Counted from the first letter of the stretch, positions 27,720 to 41,317 are shown. The stretch is 62,244 nt of DNA from Nemertoderma westbladi (GCA_032718475.1 JAUCBJ010003542.1:1-62244); one strand, 5' to 3'. Notes: generated by a model not told the origin, from the letters alone. Numbers and translations: made by a program.

Positions 27720-29760
27720 AGGCATCTAATTACCACAATATTATTTTACAATGGCATCTAATTACCACAATATACTGATATACAGAACGCAAGTGTCTAT
27801 TTACCACAAGACTAACTGCGCATCTAATTACCACAATATACAGAACGCAAGTGTCTAATTACCACAATACTATACAGCGTCTAATTACCACAACACTATA
27901 CTGCGTCTAATTACCACAACACAACACTGCGTCTAATTAATACAATCTATTTACCACAAGACTACACTGCATCTAATTACCACAATATTATTTTACAATG
28001 GCATCTAATTACCACAATATACAGAATGCAAGAGTGTCTAATTACCACAAGACTATACTGCGTCTAATTACCACAACACTATACTGCGTCTAATTACCAC
28101 AACACAACACTGCGTCTAATTATCACAATCTATTTACCACAAGACTACACTGCATCTAATTACCACAATATTATTTTACAATGGCATCTAATTACCACAA
28201 TATACAGAATGCAAGAGTGTCTAATTACCACAAGACTATACTGCGTCTAATTACCACAACACTATACTGCGTCTAATTACCACAACACAACACTGCGTCT
28301 AATTACCACAATCTATTTACCACAAGACTACACTGCATCTAATTACCACAATATTATTTTACAATGGCATCTAATTACCACAATATACAGAATGCAAGAG
28401 TGTCTAATTACCACAAGACTATACTGCGTCTAATAACCACAACACTATACTGCGTCTAATTACCACAACACAACACTGCGTCTAATTATCACAATCTATT
28501 TACCACAAGACTACACTGCATCTAATTACCACAATATTATTTTACAATGGCATCTAATTACCACAATATACAGAATGCAAGAGTGTCTAATTACCACAAG
28601 ACTATACTGCGTCTAATTACCACAACACTATACTGCGTCTAATTACCACAACACAACACTGCGTCTAATTACCACAATCTATTTACCACAAGACTACACT
28701 GCATCTAATTACCACAATATTATTTTACAATGGCATCTAATTACCACAATATACAGAATGCAAGAGTGTCTAATTACCACAAGACTATACTGCGTCTAAT
28801 TACCACAACACTATACTGCGTCTAATTACCACAACACAACACTGCGTCTAATTACCATAATTTATTTACCACAAGACTACACTGCATCTAATTACCACAA
28901 TATTATTTTACAATGGCATATAATTACCACAATATACAGAATGCAAGAGTGTCTAATTACCACAAGACTATACTGCGTCTAATTACCACAACACTATACT
29001 GCGTCTAATTACCACAACACAACACTGCGTCTAATTACCATAATTTATTTACCACAAGACTACACTGCATTTAATTACCACAATATTATTTTACAATGGC
29101 ATCTAATTACCACAATATACAGAACGCAAGTGTCTAATTACCACAAGACTATACTGCGTCTAATTACCACAACGCTATACTGCGTCTAATTACCACAACA
29201 CAACACTGCGTCTAATTACCACAATCTATTTACGAACAAGACTACACTGCACACTGCATCTAATTACCACAATATTATTTTACACTGGCATCTAATTACC
29301 ACAATATACAGAACGCAAGTGTCTAATTACCACAAGACTATACTGCGTCTAATTACCACAACGCTATACTGCGTCTAATTACCACAACACAACACTGCGT
29401 CTAATTACCACAATCTATTTACGAACAAGACTACACTGCACACTGCATCTAATTACCACAATATTATTTTACAATGGCATCTAATTACCACAATATACAG
29501 AACGCAAGTGTCTAATTACCACAAGACTATACTGCGTCTAATTACCACAACACTATACTGCGTCTAATTACCACAATCTATTTACCACAAGACTACACTG
29601 CATCTAATTACCACAATATTATTTTACAATGGCATCTAATTACCACAATATACAGAATGCAAGAGTGTCTAATTACCACAATATACAGTACGGTAGTTAT
29701 TAATATTCAGTGTCTAATTACCGCAAGACTTCACTAACGTCTAATTACCACAATATACAG
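27720..29760 (+). repeat. Satellite array in left Foldback arm
   Basis: ~25-bp monomers with core TCTAATTACCACAA, organised in a 183-bp higher-order unit (for example 27946, 28129, 28312). Confidence 0.95.
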
Positions 29761-30739
29761 AACTCAAGTGTCTAATCACGGGTAAGACTAAAAACCCAAA
29801 CGGACCCAAACGGTACCCAAATGGTACCCAAACGAACCCAAACGGTGGAATACGGAATTATATCAACAGATGTTATAGTTGCCACAACGGGGAAACAATT
29901 ATACGATTATACGAAAAATAATTACAGTAATGCAGCTTTTTGTGTTCTACATTCATGAAGAACACAAAAAACGGTGCCAAGCCCGTATAAATGCAGAGGC
30001 TCATCTATCAACCACGCTATTTTACACGTATATGATATACAAATGGACATCATTATGTCCATTTGTGGTACATTGTTAAGGTATTAGTTTTGGAAGTAAT
30101 CAGTTGTTATTTCTGTAAATATCGTTTGTATCGAAAGACCCCCCTATTTAAAGTACTGTATACTTAGTTATTAAAATAAAAAGTATTTATTGTTGGGTGT
30201 TATAGTTAAAGTTGCCGCCCTTTGGAAACAATCGCCACAACAGATGTTATAGTTGCCCCAACGGAAGAAACAATCGCCACTACGGAGGTTATAGTTGCCA
30301 CAACGGAGGAAACAATCGCCACAACGGGGGACACAATCGCCACAACAGATGTTATACTGTATTTGCTACAACGGGGAAACAATTATACGATTATATGAAA
30401 TAATAATTACAGTAATGCAGCTTTTTGTGTTTTACATTCATGAAGAACACAAAAAACGGTGCCAAGCCCGTATAAATGCAGAGGCGCATCTATCAACCAC
30501 GCTACTTTACACGTATATGATATACAATAGACATCATTAAAAAAATTAATCAAAAAAATAAAATAAAGTACAGTGTATTTTCTGAACGGGCATTTATCAG
30601 GGCAGGGCATTTGTAAATAAATTCCAAGGGCAAGGGCAAGGGTTCTGTTGTGCTCTGGGATATGTGGGCACAATTTACTGTAGGACACACAGTTATCACA
30701 ATTGGTGGTGGAGAATGATATTTATAACATAAGCGACAT

Positions 30740-31465
30740 TTACAGTAGCAAATATGTGGATATATATGTAATGTAGCAAATATGTTGTTTATCAAACATA
30801 TTTGACCTATCATGGAAAAAATCTTCATTATCATTCCTAAAGGATGAATGGGAAGTGGGCGAATTAGAATCCTTATTGCCATCAATAACAGTTGGTTCTA
30901 ATATTGATGGGAGACAGAGTAATGGAACGAAATGGTTAGGTAACCAAATTCTTCCATCAACGTCGTATGTTGAACTAGTCCACATAATATAAACCGGTGT
31001 CATCGAGGTAGGTTTCACACGCAGCATAAATGTCCTATTTAGAATTGGAACACATTTGTCTAACACGCCATTGATGGTAGGATAGATAGATAAAATTGGT
31101 CTACATATTACGCTACAAGCAGCTGCCATAGTCCAGCTGCTTGAAAATGAACCATCTTTCACACAGTCTGTTATTGTCTTTTCATATTCGGGCGATACCA
31201 AGTTTATATCATTATAATCTGAATTACACGTATAATAGTCTTTATATTTCATCAGTTCAATACATGTGAATGTGCGTAGGGTCGCAGCGTACTTTTCAGT
31301 ACCAGCAATTGCCAGCGAGATGGCGTTAAATAGGCAATTGCCATCGCCAGTAGTGACCGCTGGAACACGATTCCCACATCCTCCAATTCTCGACAGGAAC
31401 GAGTTTGAAATATTATCAACATGCGGCATATATCCTTCATTGAATCGTATATGTTCGGGTGCGGC
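30740..31465 (-). CDS. Vertnin-type OTU cysteine protease/deubiquitinase-like domain, exon 2 of the element's gene (probably truncated)
   Basis: TTGDGNCLFNAISLA (Asp/Cys), SIYP, IMWT and PNHFVPL (His). Acceptor ttgttatgttttttAG|GCC at 31466/31465 is in frame (phase 0). Confidence 0.8.
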   Translation of the reverse strand, partial: AAPEHIRFNEGYMPHVDNISNSFLSRIGGCGNRVPAVTTGDGNCLFNAISLAIAGTEKYAATLRTFTCIELMKYKDYYTCNSDYNDINLVSPEYEKTITDCVKDGSFSSSWTMAAACSVICRPILSIYPTINGVLDKCVPILNRTFMLRVKPTSMTPVYIMWTSSTYDVDGRIWLPNHFVPLLCLPSILEPTVIDGNKDSNSPTSHSSFRNDNEDFFHDRSNMFDKQHICYITYISTYLLL

Positions 31466-31640
31466 CTAAAAAACATAACAAGAAACAGGTATTTGGCTGA
31501 GTGCGTATGGATTACTAGTGCTTACTGTACGTATATTAAATAATTAAAAATAATTATTAATATGATTTTAATTATTCATTACCTACCTATGTATTACCTA
31601 CTTTACTATCTATGCAATGCAATGCACTATGCAGGAAGCA

Positions 31641-32872
31641 TAGAAGTCACATACTGTAGAATTCAGCGGAAACTTAAGGTCCGATTCTTTAGAACAGCAG
31701 TAGTTCCAGTAGTCCTCTATGGAAATCCATGGTGGGCTCTAACTGCTGAGAACACCAAATCCCTGGATGCCACATTCACAATAATGCTACGCCGGGTTCA
31801 CTGTGTCAAGTACAATGCACACATCTACAAACAGACACTATATAACATTGGAGGTGTCTCATTGGTTCCCCCAAGCTTGACACTAGAACAAAGCCGCCTT
31901 GCCCCATTCTTATTCATTATTGTGGTTGACTATGTTCTACGCATGTCCTTAGATCATCATAATGATGATGGGGTGATGATAACTCCACCTACTGGCTCCA
32001 GAAGTCGAGGAAATCCTGCCAAGTACCTAACTGATCTAGACTTTGCTGATGACTTAGGAGTACTCTCAGAATCATTAGAGGGAGCCCAACGGCTCCTCAG
32101 CTCATTAGAACATGCTGCTTCTAGTGTTGGTCTTTTTATTAACTCCAGAAAGACCAAAATTCTGACAGTTAACTTTGAAAGTCCTCAGCAAGTCTGTGAT
32201 CGGATGAGCATAAGCTCAAAGGATGGTATGCTTGAGCATGTCGACGACTTCTGTTACCTGGGATCATGGATCCGGAAGTCAGGTGAGGACCTTCGAATAC
32301 GTAAGGGAAAGGCATGGGCAGCCTTGAATAGGCTTTCCAGGATTTGGAAGTCACCGAGAATTAATCGGAAACTTAAGGTCCGATTATTTAGAGCAGCAGT
32401 AGTTCCAGTACTCCTCTACGGGAGTCCATGCTGGGCTCTAACTGCTGAGGACACCAAATCTCTGGATGGCACATTCACAAGAATGCTACGCCGGGTTCAT
32501 TGTGTCAAGTACAATGCACACATCTCCAACCAGACACTATATAACATTGGAGGTGTCTCATTGGTTCCCCCAAGCTTGACACTAGAACAAAATCGCCTCC
32601 GCTTTGCAGGACATTGCTTTCGCCATGAGGACCAACCATTGCATAATCTTGTGCTTTGGCAGCCTCATGGAGTGAATAAGCATGGTGTACAGCCCACGAC
32701 TTTCTTGAGACGCATCTTAAAGGATACTGACCTTGAAGATAAGGATGATCTAGCAAATTTCTTGGGTGATAGCAGGGAGTTGTGGCGGCGCAATTTTGAC
32801 GACAAGCCAGCACAGCATTCTTAAAAATGCAGCTGCAATGCAGCATGCCGATCCTAGTAGTAGTAGTAGTAG
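31641..32872 (+). mobile_element. 5'-truncated RTE-clade LINE insertion with rearranged 5' end, in the intron of the PHD-OTU gene
   Basis: LAPFLF, DLDFADDL, FCYLGS motifs; stop at 32824; short palindromic 3' UTR and (TAG)n tail; 13-bp TSD TATGCAGGAAGCA (31628-31640 / 32873-32885). Confidence 0.92.
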
Positions 32873-33266
32873 TATGCAGGAAGCACAACATCCAAAGGTC
32901 ATACTCTGTTTCAGTTTCAGATAGCAGTGTACTACCATCATTTAGTTACAGCAGTGTACGTTATTTTATAGTGAAAGTATTGCTGCGGTAAATTAAGTAG
33001 GCCTAATACAATTTACCGGTAAATTAAGTAATACTATTTACCAGCGGTAAATTAAGTCTACCTCTACTTGAGCAATTAAATCAATTAATAGGCTTCATTG
33101 AACTTTCAGATATTTTGTCTTTTTTGCCATTGCTTCACTACTGTATGTTTATAGTAATAACACAAACTAATAAATGGTCAACAATGACCAACAGTAATTT
33201 ACAGTACATGGTCAGCCCAGAGTTGGCAAGATTGACGAAAGTGTCGTAAATATCAATAATACTTAC

Positions 33267-33602
33267 ATTTATTGTTGTTTTGGAGCGAAGAAATATCTCC
33301 TCCATTACGATAGCTTTATCGAGGTTATCGTTAATAATTGATTTTCCCAGGCGATCAAGCGATGCCATAAAATCAAACTTCCCGTGAAATTCTACGCACC
33401 GGCTACAAAGGTACTCAATGTTATCGAAATTTGGACTACTTAACATTTCTATAGTTGATTCACTAAGTTGTTCACAATCTTTATGGAACCATATCCTGCA
33501 TTGATCGCAAAATATAGCGGGTTGATTTGTTTCACAATTTAGTAAACAGGTTCCACATGGGAATAATGCTTTCGATTTCGGGAATAATACCTTTGGTTTC
33601 AT
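33267..33602 (-). CDS. PHD finger, exon 1 of the element's gene
   Basis: FPCGTC..C..AIFCDQCRIWFHKDC..YLCSRC is a C4HC3 PHD finger. Donor AAT|GTAAGT at 33267/33266 is phase 0. Confidence 0.8.
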
Positions 33603-34204
33603 TATCCTTTATTCGTCTGAATCCACAAGCCGATGAGCAATCCACAACAAAAGCGTATAAAATATATATTATATTCGTATAAAACTATTGCAATAATGTG
33701 CGGAATGTCTACCTGAACTGTATTTCTAAACCCAACCCAAACTGCCTTTGACACTGTCAGAGACTGGCAGAGGATGGCAGATCGCATCCATCACATGGAT
33801 GCGATGTTGGCACTTATAAATGTGAATATACAAAAATAAGTTGTGGGATATGCGTGGGTGAAGCTATTGTGCAGTTTAATTTAAAGAATTAGCAAAATAG
33901 CAAAGATTCTGTAAGCTACCTTGCCACACACACAATGATTGGATAAAAATAAAATCAGCTGAAGAGAGTAAGCATGTATTGACTTAATGCATGTAGTGCC
34001 ATTGCTATTTGTACTGCAAGGGTTCCTTCCATCTACCAATAGCCGTGTAGATAATTCACATTGGTAGCCAATAGGGACCGGGATTGAAATCTTTTGTTAT
34101 CATCTCTCACTTCCTTCATTTCAGCCTCTAAAAGTTACTGTGGTTAATTACTGTATAATATAATATTGCTTAATTAACCTTTTTTTACAATTTTTTTTTT
34201 GGTA

Positions 34205-34540
34205 CACACTGACAAACCCACCGACAGTCTGACCAACCGACCGACCAACAGACTGACCGACAGACTGACCTGGCCAATCGACCGACAGACTGAATGATAA
34301 ATTTTCCAACCGACCGACGGACTCACATACAAAACCAACTGCCACAAGACCAACCAACCAACCAACAAACTGACCGACAGATTGAATGAAAGACTGACCA
34401 ACCGACTGACAGACAGACTAACCAACTGACCTACCGACCAATCAACCAACCGACAGACTGAACAACTGACTGACCAACTAACCCACCAACAGACTGACCG
34501 ACAGACTAACCAACTGACCTACCGACAGACTCACCTACCT
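34205..34540. repeat. Degenerate (CAGA/CCGA/CCAA/CTGA) tetranucleotide array
   Basis: Directly visible low-complexity run. Confidence 0.85.
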
Positions 34541-35949
34541 ATATACTGTAGAACTTATTACTAAATGAAATAAACTGATTTCGTTATGGATATAATATAC
34601 TGAAATTGTGCCCCAATAATTGATTTATATAAACTAAGGCTATTTTTATTCGGAATTAAATGGTGTTTAAACACAATTAATTTATTGGTTAATTTTATTA
34701 CTTCAATAAAGTATTTAAACTTACAAATTATGTATTTCCTGTGTCTCGTTCGTTTCTGGTACAGTATCCGTAATTCTTCCTTCACCGTTTTCCAGTATTT
34801 CATAGATGGGTGGGCTGATTTTATGATTAAGAGTAAAATTTTGCAGAGTAATTAATCACGTCCATTCTGTTGAAATTTGTACTGTACGAGGGTGACATAA
34901 TTTTGACTCTTCTCGCTGAAACTCTTCCACGAATAATAACGATGGATGAAATACATAATTCTTCCACATATTTGCTACTGTAAATGTCGCTTATGTTATA
35001 AATATCATTCTCCACCACCAATTGTGATAACTGTGTGTCCTACAGTAAATTGTGCCCACATATCCCAGAGCACAACAGAAACCTTGCCCTTGCCCTTGGA
35101 ATTTATTTACAAATGCCCTGCCCTGATAAATGCCCGTTCAGAAAATACACTGTACTTTATTTTATTTTTTTGATTAATTTTTTTAATGATGTCTATTGTA
35201 TATCATATACGTGTAAAGTAGCGTGGTTGATAGATGAGCCTCTGCATTTATACGGGCTTGGCACCGTTTTTTGTGTTCTTCATGAATGTAAAACACAAAA
35301 AGCTGCATTACTGTAATTATTATTTCATATAATCGTATAATTGTTTCCCCGTTGTAGCAAATACAGTATAACATCTGTTGTGGCGATTGTGTCCCCCGTT
35401 GTGGCGATTGTTTCCTCCGTTGTGGCAACTATAACCTCCGTAGTGGCGATTGTTTCTTCCGTTGGGGCAACTATAACATCTGTTGTGGCGATTGTTTCCA
35501 AAGGGCGGCAACTTTAACTATAACACCCAACAATAAATACTTTTTATTTTAATAACTAAGTATACAGTACTTTAAATAGGGGGGTCTTTCGATACAAACG
35601 ATATTTACAGAAATAACAACTGATTACTTCCAAAACTAATACCTTAACAATGTACCACAAATGGACATAATGATGTCCATTTGTATATCATATACGTGTA
35701 AAATAGCGTGGTTGATAGATGAGCCTCTGCATTTATACGGGCTTGGCACCGTTTTTTGTGTTCTTCATGAATGTAGAACACAAAAAGCTGCATTACTGTA
35801 ATTATTTTTCGTATAATCGTACAATTGTTTCCCCGTTGTGGCAACTATAACATCTGTTGATATAACTCCGTATTCCACCGTTTGGGTTCGTTTGGGTACC
35901 GTTTGGGTCCGTTTGGGTTTTTAGTCCTACCCGTGATTAGACACTTGAG

Positions 35950-38370
35950 TTCTGTATATTGTGGTAATTAGACGTTAGTGAAGTTTTGCGGTAATTAGAC
36001 ACTGAATATTAATAACTACCGTACTGTATATTGTGGTAATTAAACACTCTTGCATTCTGTATATTGTGGTAATTAGATGCAGTGTGGTCTTGTGGTAAAT
36101 AGACACTGCATTCTGTATATTGTGGTAATTAGATGCCATTGTAAAATAATATTGTGGTAATTAGATGCAGTGTAGTCTTGTGGTAAATAGATTGTGGAAT
36201 TAGACGCAGTATAGTCTTGTGGTAATTAGACGCAGTATAGTCTTGTTGTAATTAGACGCAGTATAGTCTTGTGGTAATTAGACACTTGCGTTCTGTATAT
36301 TGTGGTAATTAGATGCCATTGTAAAATAATATTGTGGTAATTAGATGCAGTGTAGTCTTGTTCGTAAATAGATTGTGGTAATTAGACGCAGTATAGTCTT
36401 GTGGTAAAGACGCAGTATAGTCTTGTGGTAATTAGACACTTGCGTTCCGTATATTGTGGTAATTAGATGCCATTGTAAAATAATATTGTGGTAATTAGAT
36501 GCAGTGTGCAGTGTAGTCTTGTTCGTAAATAGATTGTGGTAATTAGACGCAGTGTTGTGTTGTGGTAATTAGACGCAGTATAGTGTTGTGGTAATTAGAC
36601 GCAGTATAGTCTTGTGGTAATTAGACACTTGCGTTCTGTATATTGTGGTAATTAGATGCCATTGTAAAATAATATTGTGGTAATTAGATGCAGTGTAGTC
36701 TTGTTCGTAAATAGATTGTGGTAATTAGACGCAGTATAGTGTTGTGGTAATTAGACGCAGTATAGTCTTGTGGTAATTAGACACTTGCGTTCTGTATATT
36801 GTGGTAATTAGATGCCATTGTAAAATAATATTGTGGTAATTAGATGCAGTGTAGTCTTGTGGTAAATAGACGCAGTATAGTCTTGTGGTAATTAGACACT
36901 TGCGTTCTGTATATTGTGGTAATTAGATGCCATTGGAAAATAATATTGTGGTAATTAGATGCAGTGTGCAGTGTAGTCTTGTTCGTAAATAGATTGTGGT
37001 AATTAGACGCAGTATAGTCTTGTGGTAATTAGACACTTGCGTTCTGTATATTGTGGTAATTAGATGCCATTGTAAAATAATATTGTGGTAATTAGATGCA
37101 GTGTAGTCTTGTGGTAAATAGACACTTGAGTTCTGTATATTGTGGTAATTAGATGCCATTGTAAAATAATATTGTGGTAATTAGATGCAGTGTGCAGTGT
37201 AGTCTTGTTCGTAAATAGATTGTGGTAATTAGACGCAGTGTTGTGTTGTGGTAATTAGACGCAGTATAGTGTTGTGGTAATTAGACGCAGTATAGTCTTG
37301 TGGTAATTAGACACTTGCGTTCTGTATATTGTAGTAATTAGATGCCATTGTAAAATAATATTGTGGTAATTAGATGCAGTGTAGTCTTGTTCGTAAATAG
37401 ATTGTGGTAATTAGACGCAGTATAGTGTTGTGGTAATTAGACGCAGTATAGTCTTGTGGTAATTAGACACTTGCGTTCTGTATATTGTGGTAATTAGATG
37501 CCATTGTAAAATAATATTGTGGTAATTAGATGCAGTGTAGTCTTGTTCGTAAATAGATTGTGGTAATTAGACGCAGTATAGTCTTGTGGTAAAGACGCAG
37601 TATAGTCTTGTGGTAATTAGACACTTGCGTTCCGTATATTGTGGTAATTAGATGCCATTGTAAAATAATATTGTGGTAATTAGATGCAGTGTGCAGTGTA
37701 GTCTTGTTCGTAAATAGATTGTGGTAATTAGATGCAGTGTTGTGTTGTGGTAATTAGACGCAGTATAGTGTTGTGGTAATTAGACGCAGTATAGTCTTGT
37801 GGTAATTAGACACTTGCGTTCTGTATATTGTGGTAATTAGATGCCATTGTAAAATAATATTGTGGTAATTAGATGCAGTGTAGTCTTGTTCGTAAATAGA
37901 TTGTGGTAATTAGACGCAGTATAGTGTTGTGGTAATTAGACGCAGTATAGTCTTGTGGTAATTAGACACTTGCGTTCTGTATATTGTGGTAATTAGATGC
38001 CATTGTAAAATAATATTGTGGTAATTAGATGCAGTGTAGTCTTGTGGTAAATAGACGCAGTATAGTCTTGTGGTAATTAGACACTTGCGTTCTGTATATT
38101 GTGGTAATTAGATGCCATTGGAAAATAATATTGTGGTAATTAGATGCAGTGTGCAGTGTAGTCTTGTTCGTAAATAGATTGTGGTAATTAGACGCAGTAT
38201 AGTCTTGTGGTAATTAGACACTTGCGTTCTGTATATTGTGGTAATTAGATGCCATTGTAAAATAATATTGTGGTAATTAGATGCAGTGTAGTCTTGTGGT
38301 AAATAGACACTTGAGTTCTGTATATTGTGGTAATTAGATGCCATTGTAAAATAACATTGTGGTAATTAGA
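35950..38370 (-). repeat. Satellite array in right Foldback arm
   Basis: Core TTGTGGTAATTAGA, the reverse complement of the left array, but longer and with a different monomer order. Confidence 0.95.
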
Positions 38371-39569
38371 TGCCTGTATCGAATTGTTGGGGTAGATTGT
38401 GGTAGTTTGTGGTAGGTTGGGGTAATTAGTAGGACCGGTAATTTCTAACCAAAACAATAAACGACGTTTTACCTACAAATTAAGAGAAAGGAGCAGGTTA
38501 CCGAGACAGGGTTTTCCAACCAAAACAATTAACGATTTTGTTACCACCAATTGAGGGAAAGGAGAATATGTTACCGCGGCGGCTTGTTTACACCCTCCTT
38601 CTTACTAACCGTCCGACTGACTGATCAATAGATCATCCCCCTCAAAAAAATAAAGGACATCGCGCACGCGCATAAAACACTTAATAAAGATAAATTTAAT
38701 TAAAAAAATCGACCGAAAAGTGAAATCCTGGTATTCTATACATGGGCGAAGAATACCAGACTTTCTGCCGTTATATTTCACTTTGCAGTTACCCCCATGT
38801 GAAGAATACCAGACTTTATGCCGTTATATTTCACTTTGCAGTTACCCCCATGTGAAGAATAAGAAGTTCTCACCAAAAACACAGGTTACAGAAGGGCTGA
38901 ATATAACCAAAACAATAAACGAATTAGTACATTTACAGGTTATAAGACATAAATAAGCTCTATAATACACTCAATAAAGATAAATTAAAAAATAATTAAA
39001 ATCTTCATATATAAAATTCCAATAAAAGTCGACCGAAAAGTGAAATCCTGGTATTCTTTACATGGGCCGGCACCAAAATTTGGCACCAGCCGCTAAAAAC
39101 AAATTTTTAAAAGATTTCTAGCATATTTTATTTGAATTCCTTTCTGCCTTTTAGTTCGTTTCAGTTAGTCTTTTAGTTAGTATCGTTAGTTTCAGAGCGG
39201 GAGGTGTTATATTGACCACCCCCCCACCCCCCGGGTTTAAGGGGATTGATTGATTAATTGCTTGATATTTTTTCCAGATTAACAATATAAAACAATTTAC
39301 ATATTAAACACTAAAATAAGGAACTGGTAAATAATATATAATAGTGTATAGTGTACGTGTAGTTACTACTGTATTTAATTACTTAATTAATAGATAGGGC
39401 CTACTGATCAAACTGAAAGTAAATAAAAATGTAACTGAAAATAGTGTAGCTGTGTAGTGAACGTATATGATATCGGGCTTGTCTAATCAGAACGATCTAT
39501 GATTACCTAATTAAAAGTTTAAAAATAGTCTTAATGAGCTGTACCAATTGCAAACGTTAAAATGGAGGG

Positions 39570-39820
39570 ATAGCCTTATGCGGTGAACCGCGTTTCCATA
39601 AGGGTCCCTCCCAGTAATACCGGGGAAACTTCACATGCTGGTCGACATAGGCAGAAAGTCCAGTACTCATTTACTATTTAAGGATGCAAGGCAGAGATGC
39701 CTCGCTAAACCCTTCAAAACATTCGTGCCGAAACGAAAACTACCTTGGCCCCCACGCCGGGGTTGAACCCAGAACCTCCGAGATATGTGAATTCAATATA
39801 ACCACTACACCAAGGTGCGC
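39570..39820 (-). mobile_element. tRNA-derived SINE
   Basis: Minus strand reads CCTTGGTGTAGTGGTTA (A box) ... GGGTTCAACCCC (B box). The body matches 18555-18605 and the head matches 62010-62064. The 3' boundary is approximate. Confidence 0.7.
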
Positions 39821-41317
39821 TCTGAAACAAGGTGGAACAAGTGTCAGATACCGTCAGATCAGATCAGATCAGATCAGATAAGGACAGACGTTTTAGCCAT
39901 CCTATAGCCAGGTAGCCATAGGCTGATAGGGGAATCATCAAAGTTTGAAAAAAAAAGAATTAGTGGTTTGCCACAGGCATAGCCGCATAGGCCATGATAG
40001 GCTGATAGGGAAATCAATCAAAAAAGTTCTTACCACTGTCTGACTGTGCCTCAAATAACCTAACTGAATACTGGAATACCGTACTACTAACTAACAGCTG
40101 AACAGACTAATCCAATCTCCAATCCAAACCAGTCAGCTGTCAGCCAGTACGGTAAACCAAACTCTGAAACTGCAAACTAAACAATACCGGTACCGAACTA
40201 CCAGTACTGCAGTACACAGTATGAGTACAAGTACCGTACTGCCGTAAGCAAGCTAAACTTACTACTGTACTAGCAGACTAGGCCAATAGACTGATAGACG
40301 CCTACCTGTGCCTGTCCTGTCCTGTAGGACTGTAACCTGCCTGCCTGCTGGCTGCTGACCTGTAGGGTGGAGCCAGGACAGCAGTGAGTATGAACAGGCT
40401 GACGGGAACGGCAAAACGGTAGGCCTAGTCATGCTGTCCTGTTCCTGTAGTCCTTCCTGTCTTCAGTCTGTCAGTACAGTAGGCGTAGGCCTAGTCTTTG
40501 GCAGCTTGGTAATTGCTAATCAGATAATAGCTGAATAGAAATAGGCTACGCCACCGGTACAGCTACAGAAGCACTAATTTAATTTAATTTAATTTAATCA
40601 TTTAATTAATTAATTTAGTCCTGTGTAGTCAGTGAGTGGCACTATACTGCTGTACTGTAATAGGCAGATAGGCTAGTCGGAGACATGAGAGAGTTTGTTA
40701 CAACAACAGTGTTGTATAATAACTGAAAAAACTTTCAGTTTCATTCCTGCCTTCTGATTCAGTCCAAGGAAGGGTCTTTTACCTAACTGCAGAACTGCCA
40801 CTGCCAAATGGTTAGTCACAAACAAGCAAAGGTTCGCGTCTACTAACACATGAACTGTTTCCATGAATGGCTTACTATCTATCTTACATCAAAAAACATT
40901 CACCGTAATGGGGGATTGAACAAGAAGGTACCTAGAGATTCCAAGTCCCCCTCTCCATATCTGGAAATTAACAACCCCAACATTCAACAACCCCAACAAC
41001 AACAACAAGTAAAGGAGTGAATACTAGAGGTCTCGCTACGCGGACCTTAAACTATGTAACGCGCAGGGCCTACTACGGGTACCTTTTTAGTTTCGTTTTC
41101 AGGATAATTATTACGCATCATATTTATTTCCCACTAAGAATAATCATTTTGTTCACTCAATATTTCCTTCACTAAAAATCATATTTCCTTCACTAAAAAT
41201 AATTACTCTTCACCATTTATAATTGGATTTCCATAAAAAATAATTATGTTCCAACTATTTTTAATTTTGTATCCACCAAATACTGTATAATCATATTTTA
41301 CTAAAAATGGTTTATAA

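Larger units (their letters stand above)
27648..38437. mobile_element. Foldback (FB-NOF/Mutator-like) element with >3 kb modular inverted arms
   Basis: Left arm 27648-30760 and right arm 34963-38437 are reverse complements. GTAATTTC is duplicated at 27640-27647 / 38438-38445. A 4.2 kb central loop carries a PHD+OTU gene. Confidence 0.9.
26869..39893. mobile_element. Possible TA-flanked TIR element with (TCTGA)n termini enclosing the Foldback element
   Basis: TA|AAACGTCTGTCCTTATCTGA(TCTGA)n at 26867-26924 is inverted at 39844-39895, and similar flanking repeats lie outside both ends. It could instead be two independent inverted copies. Confidence 0.55.

Noticed and set aside
27720-29760. CRISPR-like array of a constant core with variable intervening sequence
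   Set aside because: The intervening sequences are a few recurring variants in a periodic order, which is a higher-order satellite.
29879-30688. Small ORFs duplicated in both Foldback arms
   Set aside because: They recur only because the arms are inverted copies with internal duplications; no recognisable domains.
31562-32824. 420-aa ORF as a functional gene
   Set aside because: It begins in intron sequence outside the TSD and is a chimera of truncated RTE parts lacking the endonuclease and RT N-terminus.
39750-39820. tRNA gene
   Set aside because: A and B boxes are present but no convincing cloverleaf; it is attached to a repeated body, so it was called a SINE.
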